NCBI GenBank assembly: GCA_947650875.1
Contig: CANSXE010000002.1
Coordinates: 1,232 to 65,231, forward strand
Length of the DNA stretch: 64,000 nt
From: an uncultured Bacillota bacterium
GTDB lineage: Bacteria > Bacillota > Clostridia > Oscillospirales > Oscillospiraceae
Direction: 5' to 3'
Shown here: one piece after another, positions 57,930 to 64,000 of the stretch
Layout of the letters: each line of letters opens with the position of its first letter
Numbering within the stretch: position 1 is the stretch's first letter
The notes under the pieces: generated by a model
The model's input: the letters and a program-made list of their open reading frames with translations, nothing else
Told to the model about the DNA's origin: nothing
The model's database searches: none
Position numbers and translations under genes: made by a program

Positions 57930-58261
57930 AATATCTACCTCCTTGCAGGGTTATGATGCCAAAGGAGGTATCAGGATGTATGCGGAAGGGCAACATCCCA
58001 GCCTCGTCGGCATCGGATGTGACACGACCACCTAATTTTATCGCTTCGTCGAGCTATGAAAGGAAAAAGTTCGCTCTGCCCGGCGCAGTCTCTATGGTGA
58101 ATTTTATTATATAATAGGGAAATGAGAATGTCAATCGACAAAGCAAGTCACAGAAAGTTTACCGGAAGTTTACACGGTATTTTCTTGTTTTTATTTCCCG
58201 ACTGTGGTATGATACCCTCTGACCTGTTTTGTATCATGCAGAAAATTGGAGGTACGCTCCT

Positions 58262-60424
58262 TTGAAACCAGATAAAGGAAATAACAAAAAGAATACCTTT
58301 GGCCTGATTTCGCTGATTCTGTGGGCGCTGTTTCTCACGCTGATCTTCCGCAGCTGCACCAGCTCCTACAACAGCTCCAATCAGGAGCAGGTGCCCTACT
58401 CCACCTTCCGCCAGTGGGTGGCGGCTGACCTGGTGGAGTCGGTGAAGCTGGAGAGCAGCCTGTTTACCATCACCCTCAAGGAGGGGGTGGAGGAGCAGGC
58501 TAAGGCCTACATTCCCGAGGACAAGGACGAGGAGCAGGGGAACAACATGTTTGCCTGGGTGCCGCTCCAGAACAACCGGGAGACGGTGTATGTCACCACC
58601 CCGCCCCCTATTGCTGACCTGGGACTGGAAGACCTGCTCAATGAGCATGGTGTGGACCACCACACCCCGCCGGTGGACAATTCCTCCCAGATTCTCTACC
58701 TGTTCCTCACCACCATCCTGCCCATCGTCATCATGGTGGGCGCCATGGTCTTCCTCATGCGGGGCATCGGCGGCAAGGGGGGCATGGGCGGCATCGGAGG
58801 CGTGGGCAAAGCCAACGCCAAGGTGTATGTGGAGAAAAAGACCGGCGTCACCTTTAGGGACGTGGCCGGTCAGGACGAGGCCAAGGAGAGCCTGGAGGAG
58901 ATCATTGACATCCTCCACAACCCCCTGAAATACACCGAGATCGGCGCCAAGCTGCCCAAGGGCGCGCTGCTGGTGGGCCCTCCGGGCACCGGCAAGACCC
59001 TGCTGGCAAAGGCGGTGGCCGGCGAAGCGGGGGTGCCCTTCTTCTCCATCAGCGGCTCTGACTTTGTGGAGATGTTCGTGGGCGTGGGCGCAAGCCGTGT
59101 CCGTGACCTCTTTAAGGAGGCCAGCAAAATGGCCCCCTGCATCATCTTCATCGACGAGATCGACACCATCGGCAAGTCCCGGGACAACCGCATGGGGGGC
59201 AACGACGAGCGGGAGCAGACCCTGAACCAGCTGCTGGCCGAGCTGGACGGCTTCGACCCCGGCAAGGGCGTCATCGTCCTGGGCGCCACCAACCGCCCTG
59301 AGGTGCTGGACAAGGCCCTGCTCCGCCCCGGCCGCTTCGACCGGCGCATCACCATCGACCGGCCCAACCTGGCCGGACGCCTGTCCACCCTCCAGGTTCA
59401 CACCCGGAACATCCGCCTCAGCGAGGACGTGGACCTGAAGAAGATCGCCCTGGCCACCGCCGGCACCGTGGGCGCCGACCTGGCCAACCTGGTGAACGAG
59501 GCCGCCCTCCGGGCGGTGCGCCACGGCCGCCGGGCCGTCAACCAGGAGGACCTGCTGGCCTCCTTTGAGTTCGTCATCGCCGGCAGCGAGAAGAAAAACT
59601 CGGTGCTCACCGAACTGGAGCGCAAGCTGGTGGCCTACCACGAGGTGGGCCACGCCATGGTGGCCTACAAGCAGAAGAACGCCGAGCCGGTGCAGAAGAT
59701 CACCATTGTTCCCCACACGGAAGGGTCGCTGGGGTACACCCTGCTCATGCCCGAGGAGGACAAGACCAACCTGCGCACCAGGGAGGAGCTGATGGCCAAG
59801 ATTGCCGTCTCCATGGGCGGCCGGGCCGCCGAGGAGGTGGTCATGGACACCATGACCAACGGCGCGTCCCAGGATATCCAGGAGGCCACCAACATCGCCC
59901 GGAACATGGTTGCTATGTATGGCATGAGCGAGGAGTTCGGAATGATGGCCCTGGGCTCGGTCCGCAGCCAGTATCTGGACGGGGGCTACGGCCTGGACTG
60001 CGCCCAGGACACCGCCGCTGTGATGGATAAGGCGGTGAAGGCCATTCTGGACGTGTGTTACAAGGACGCGGTGGAGGTCATCAGGGAAAACCGGGAGGAC
60101 ATGGACAAGGTGGTGGCCTATCTGCTGGAGAAGGAGACCATCACCGGCGGCGAGATGGTGGCTATCATCGAGGGCCGGGACCCGGCTCTGGTGGAGGACG
60201 CCTACGCTTCCACCCGCAAGGGGGCGAAGCCCCTGCCCGGGGACATCGAGCCCCCCGCCAAGGCCATCCACATGGTCAGCGAGGAGATCAAGCCCCCCGC
60301 CGCTCTGGAGGGGCCGGAGGAGGTCCCTGGGGAGCAGTCCCCTGAGGAGGGGGAGCCGCCCGAATCGGAGCTGCCGCCCGTTCAGCCGGAGGAGACCCCG
60401 GTGGATGAAAACAAGTTGGAGTAA
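58262..60424 (+). CDS. ftsH: ATP-dependent zinc metalloprotease FtsH
   Basis: Two TM segments, [27 protein letters not shown]; TTG start after GGAGG. Confidence 0.96.
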   Translation: MKPDKGNNKKNTFGLISLILWALFLTLIFRSCTSSYNSSNQEQVPYSTFRQWVAADLVESVKLESSLFTITLKEGVEEQAKAYIPEDKDEEQGNNMFAWVPLQNNRETVYVTTPPPIADLGLEDLLNEHGVDHHTPPVDNSSQILYLFLTTILPIVIMVGAMVFLMRGIGGKGGMGGIGGVGKANAKVYVEKKTGVTFRDVAGQDEAKESLEEIIDILHNPLKYTEIGAKLPKGALLVGPPGTGKTLLAKAVAGEAGVPFFSISGSDFVEMFVGVGASRVRDLFKEASKMAPCIIFIDEIDTIGKSRDNRMGGNDEREQTLNQLLAELDGFDPGKGVIVLGATNRPEVLDKALLRPGRFDRRITIDRPNLAGRLSTLQVHTRNIRLSEDVDLKKIALATAGTVGADLANLVNEAALRAVRHGRRAVNQEDLLASFEFVIAGSEKKNSVLTELERKLVAYHEVGHAMVAYKQKNAEPVQKITIVPHTEGSLGYTLLMPEEDKTNLRTREELMAKIAVSMGGRAAEEVVMDTMTNGASQDIQEATNIARNMVAMYGMSEEFGMMALGSVRSQYLDGGYGLDCAQDTAAVMDKAVKAILDVCYKDAVEVIRENREDMDKVVAYLLEKETITGGEMVAIIEGRDPALVEDAYASTRKGAKPLPGDIEPPAKAIHMVSEEIKPPAALEGPEEVPGEQSPEEGEPPESELPPVQPEETPVDENKLE

Positions 60425-60470
60425 ACGAAAGCGCCGCCCAGCCGGGCGGCGCTATGTATGTTTTATCGTC

Positions 60471-61448
60471 TTACCTGCGCGCTTCATTTGCCGTCCGCAC
60501 CAAATACTCCATAGCCTGGACAGGCCACTTGCCCGCCGCAGTCTCGCCGGTGAGCATCAGGGAGGAGGCCCCATCCAGCACGCCGTTGTAGATGTCGCTC
60601 ACCTCCGCCCGGGTGGGGACGGGGCGCTGTTCCATGGACCACAGCAGCTGGGTCACCAGGCAGAAGTCCCGGCCCGCCGCCCGGCACCGGGCGGCGATGT
60701 CCTTCTGGATGGCGGGCAGCTTCCACAGGGGCATGGAGTTGCCCAGGTCCCCCCGGGCGATACAGAGCTGGTCGGCTTCACCGATAATCTCGTCCAGGTG
60801 CTCCAGCCCCTGGTGCTCCTCGATTTTGGCCATGATCTGGACCTGTTTCAGGCCCAGGCCGTCCAAGGTCTCCCGCAGGACGCGGATGTCCTGCCGCCCC
60901 CGGACGAAGGGCTGGAGGATATGGGTTGTACCGTACCGCCCCGCCTGGCGCAGGTTGCTCAGGTCGGCGGGGGTGAGGGTGGGGGTGTCCACGTCGGTTC
61001 CCAGGATGGACAGGCTCTTGCGGCTGAGCAGCGGCCCGCCCCGGACCACCCGGCACAGCAGCACGGTGGGGCTGGAGCGCTTTACCTCCAGGAGCAGGGC
61101 GCCGTCGTCAATGGAAATCTGCTGTCCACGCCGGGCGGACTTGAGGATGCCCTGGGGGACGGGGATGCCGCCGTCTCCCAGCAGGACCTCGTCCCCCTCC
61201 CGGAGGGGGATGGGCCGGGGCAGCTCCCCCACCCGCAGCTCCGGGCCCTGGAGGTCCAGAATGAGGTGGGCGTCCTCCCGCCCCGCCCGCCGGGCGGCGG
61301 GCCAGTACAGCTCCTCCAGCAGGGGGGCGCATTTGTCCAGACTGGTGTGGGACAGATTGACCCGGATGCCCGTCATTCCCGCCCGAAACAATTTGTCCAG
61401 GATGTCCCGCTTGGCGCAGGGGTCCCCCAGGGTGGCGTAAAAGTCCAT
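60471..61448 (-). CDS. Short pyruvate kinase-like protein (no C-terminal domain)
   Basis: ATLG, RVNLSH, DLQGPELR, AKIE, ARGDLG, PTRAEVSD, MLTGETA motifs; 325 aa. Confidence 0.82.
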   Translation of the reverse strand: MDFYATLGDPCAKRDILDKLFRAGMTGIRVNLSHTSLDKCAPLLEELYWPAARRAGREDAHLILDLQGPELRVGELPRPIPLREGDEVLLGDGGIPVPQGILKSARRGQQISIDDGALLLEVKRSSPTVLLCRVVRGGPLLSRKSLSILGTDVDTPTLTPADLSNLRQAGRYGTTHILQPFVRGRQDIRVLRETLDGLGLKQVQIMAKIEEHQGLEHLDEIIGEADQLCIARGDLGNSMPLWKLPAIQKDIAARCRAAGRDFCLVTQLLWSMEQRPVPTRAEVSDIYNGVLDGASSLMLTGETAAGKWPVQAMEYLVRTANEARR

Positions 61449-61571
61449 TGTGATCTCCCCTTGTTCGGTCATTTCTTCTATTATGAGGGGGAAGCGCCGG
61501 GAAGTCAAGGGTTCCCACTTGCCCTTTTTCGAGTTTTCCGCTATAATAGGCTGGAAGAGAGGAGAGATACC

Positions 61572-61994
61572 ATGCGCATCATGGCCATTGATTACGGCGA
61601 CGCCCACACCGGGGTGGCGGTGTCCGACCCCACCGGGTTTCTGGCGGGGACCACCACCACCATCAACAGCTGGCGGCAGGAGGTTGTGGTGGACCGGCTG
61701 GCCCGGCTCATCGAGGAGCACCGCCCTGACGAGGTGGTGCTGGGCTTCCCCAAAAACATGGACGGCACCGACGGGAAAAAAGCCGGTCTCTACCGGGAGC
61801 TGGCCGCCGCCCTGGAGGAGGTCACCGGCATGAAGGTTATTCTCTGGGACGAGCGGCGTACAACCATCGACGCCCACCAGATTTTGTTTAACCAGGGCAA
61901 AGACGGCCGGAAGCGGAGAAAAATTGTGGACGCCATGGCGGCGTCCCTGATTTTGGAGAACTATCTGGACTTTAAGCGAATGAAACAGGAGTGA
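61572..61994 (+). CDS. ruvX: RuvX/YqgF pre-16S rRNA nuclease (putative Holliday junction resolvase)
   Basis: AIDYG..TGVAVSD, G.PKNMDG, WDERRTT, VDAMAA motifs. Confidence 0.92.
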   Translation: MRIMAIDYGDAHTGVAVSDPTGFLAGTTTTINSWRQEVVVDRLARLIEEHRPDEVVLGFPKNMDGTDGKKAGLYRELAAALEEVTGMKVILWDERRTTIDAHQILFNQGKDGRKRRKIVDAMAASLILENYLDFKRMKQE

Positions 61995-62000
61995 TTTGTT

Positions 62001-62621
62001 ATGAAACGACGTACATCGGGGCTGATTCTGTCCCTGCTGATGCTGGTGAGTCTCACCGCCTGCGGTACGGACCAGGGCTTTGTCCCTGAGGCATCCAACG
62101 ACACAATATGGGCCGTTGTGCCGGACGGCTCTTCAGCGCCGGAGAGCAGCCAGCCGCCGGAGGACGGCAGCCAGGAGGGCAATTTCCCGGACGGCAGTCA
62201 GCTCTGGGATAACAGCGGCTCGGTGGAGGGCAACCGTCCCGACGGCAAGAGCAGCGAGGGCAACAGTACCGTTGACGAGGACGGCTGGTACTCCTCCAAG
62301 GAGGAGGTGGCCCTGTACATCCACCTGTATGGCGACCTGCCCGACAACTATGTGACCAAAGACGAGGCGGAGGACGCCGGCTGGAGCGGCGGCAATGTGG
62401 AGCGGTACACCGGCGAAGGCACCGCCATCGGCGGGGCCCGCTTCGGTAACCGGGAGGGGCTGTTGCCCAAAGAACAGGGCCGGACCTATACCGAGTGCGA
62501 CATCGACACTGTGGGGGGAAACTCCCGGGGGGCCAAACGCATCGTCTTCTCCAATGACGGGCTGGTCTACTACACCGACGACCACTACGAGAGCTTTGAG
62601 CTGCTGTATGGAGAGCCATAA
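62001..62621 (+). CDS. Barnase-family ribonuclease lipoprotein
   Basis: Lipobox LTAC; LPDNYVTK.EA...GW, IGG..F.NREG.LP, ECDI, RGAKRIVFSNDGLVYYTDDHY motifs. Confidence 0.87.
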   Translation: MKRRTSGLILSLLMLVSLTACGTDQGFVPEASNDTIWAVVPDGSSAPESSQPPEDGSQEGNFPDGSQLWDNSGSVEGNRPDGKSSEGNSTVDEDGWYSSKEEVALYIHLYGDLPDNYVTKDEAEDAGWSGGNVERYTGEGTAIGGARFGNREGLLPKEQGRTYTECDIDTVGGNSRGAKRIVFSNDGLVYYTDDHYESFELLYGEP

Positions 62622-62659
62622 ACCAACACAGGCCCCGCCGTGAGGCGGGGCCTGTTCGT

Positions 62660-63988
62660 CTATTGGGGGGCGGTTCCGTCCAGAAAATCCCGGAGCCAGT
62701 CCAGAAAGTCCAGGCCGTTACCGTAGGGGGCGATCCCCACGTCGGCCACGTCCCACACCTCGCCCTTGGCCCCGCCGCAGACGATGAGCCGGTAGGACTG
62801 CCCGCAGCCCCGGTCCACCAGTTCAATCTGCCCGTTTGTGGTGGCGGCGGCGATTTTCCGGCCGGTGGCGGAGTCGTCGTCCTCCCAGCACCAGCTTTCC
62901 CGGTGGGAGAACCGCTTTTTGATCCCCTCCGGGTCGTAAAGCACCTCCGACAGGGGCGGGAACTTGTAGAGGAAGGCGTCAAACTTCACCTGGAAGCCGT
63001 CCCCGATCTTCGTGAGGAAGGCCGTGTATTCCTTGGGTAGCTTCACGCCGGTTTTCTCCTGAAAGGCGGTGATGTCTGTCCGCTTCAGGGGCGGCCGGGG
63101 GGTAATCCCCAGCTTCTCCAGCCGCGCCCGGACCTCCTCTATGGCGGTTTTAATCTCCTCGGCGGACTTGCCCGCCTTTTTCAGCCCCAGCTTCTTCCGC
63201 TCGATGCCCAGGATGTGCTCCCGGCCCTGGAAGGCGGACAGATCCACCACCTGGGTCTTGCGCAGGTTCAGGTCGCGGAGCTGCGGCAGGGCGGCCAGAC
63301 AGGACACGTCCTCCACCGCCGTGCCGTACAGCCAGATCATCTCCAGGGTGGGGATGGCCGCCAGCGGGGACACGTCGGTCACCTTGGTGGAGCTTAACGT
63401 GAGTTCCTTCAGGCTGGGGTGCCCCGCCAGAGGGGACAGGTCGGAGACGGCGGTATCCACAACGGACAGCTCTGTCAAATTGGGACACGACGCCAGGGGG
63501 GACAGGTCGCTGAGGCCTGGGTTATTATTGAGATAGAGCCACTCAAGGGACTCCATGCCCCTCAGACACTCCAGATCGTCGATCCCGGTCACAGAGAGGG
63601 AAGACAGTTTGCCAGGCAGCTTTGGCATATTGCAGCGGGGTGTGGTGTGAAGGCTCAGGGTCTGCAATTCTTTCAGCGGCGTCAGGTCGCAGGGGAGAAA
63701 TTCCGGCCCGCCGCTGATGGTAAGGTGCCGTAAACCAGTGAGCTCCGCCAGGGGGGAGATGTCCCGCACCTGGCAGTCGTAAAGGGTCACCTCGTCCAGC
63801 TCCCGCAGCCTGGCCAGGGGGGAGATGTCCGTCAGGGGCGGACGGGTTTTGTAGCCAAAGTAGTGGAAAATATACCGCCGGTCGCTGTGGGTAGAGGTTT
63901 TGTAGATTATCTCCGGCTCGGTGTTGTTGAGCCGGGCCATTTCGGCGAAGACATCCCGCTCCAGCGGGGTCAGCGTATAGGCCTTCAT
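62660..63988 (-). CDS. Leucine-rich-repeat protein with C-terminal SMI1/KNR4 (SUKH) domain
   Basis: Repeated DLSPLA..L..L.L..T.V; AFQEKTGVKLPKEY..FL..IGDG and GCG....LIV.G..KGEVW; start may be the GTG at 63997. Confidence 0.78.
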   Translation of the reverse strand: MKAYTLTPLERDVFAEMARLNNTEPEIIYKTSTHSDRRYIFHYFGYKTRPPLTDISPLARLRELDEVTLYDCQVRDISPLAELTGLRHLTISGGPEFLPCDLTPLKELQTLSLHTTPRCNMPKLPGKLSSLSVTGIDDLECLRGMESLEWLYLNNNPGLSDLSPLASCPNLTELSVVDTAVSDLSPLAGHPSLKELTLSSTKVTDVSPLAAIPTLEMIWLYGTAVEDVSCLAALPQLRDLNLRKTQVVDLSAFQGREHILGIERKKLGLKKAGKSAEEIKTAIEEVRARLEKLGITPRPPLKRTDITAFQEKTGVKLPKEYTAFLTKIGDGFQVKFDAFLYKFPPLSEVLYDPEGIKKRFSHRESWCWEDDDSATGRKIAAATTNGQIELVDRGCGQSYRLIVCGGAKGEVWDVADVGIAPYGNGLDFLDWLRDFLDGTAPQ

Positions 63989-64000
63989 AGCCGTCACCGC

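Noticed and set aside
60405-61994. 529-aa ORF suggesting a long N-terminal extension of RuvX
   Set aside because: The extension is the antisense of the pyruvate kinase gene; the real start at 61572 has its own RBS and a TATAAT box

Overview
High-GC chromosomal window from a spore-forming, probably motile Clostridia-class firmicute (gene content and codon use suggest Oscillospiraceae; this is an inference). Core content, in order: greA (partial), spoIIR, an MBOAT/DHHW/lipoprotein O-acylation cluster, cysteine desulfurase, MATE, MBL hydrolase, CIRCE-controlled hrcA-grpE-dnaK-dnaJ, larE-larB-larC with a Ni/peptide ABC transporter, tRNA-Leu(CAG), an aminotransferase, an esterase-esterase-ATP-grasp module, spoIIIAA-AH, cheA-W-R-B, FliK-like/FlhB-C/PilZ genes, two large SLH surface proteins, rlmB, ftsH, a short pyruvate kinase, ruvX, a barnase-like lipoprotein and an LRR-SMI1 protein. 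No CRISPR array, prophage or transposase was seen. The most interesting signals are not in the ORF track: (1) a structured attenuator-like leader before larE with repeated CCAGAAGG hairpins; (2) two candidate type I toxin-antitoxin loci; (3) six unannotated small ORFs with good RBS or promoters, including an RHH regulator; (4) a stand-alone N-terminal half of PTS enzyme I next to a PilZ gene; (5) a P1B-ATPase-like protein lacking its catalytic motifs; (6) a 140-bp segment bounded by inverted repeats; (7) GTAG-type REP elements that supply stop codons. All calls come from reading motifs by eye; no database searches were run.
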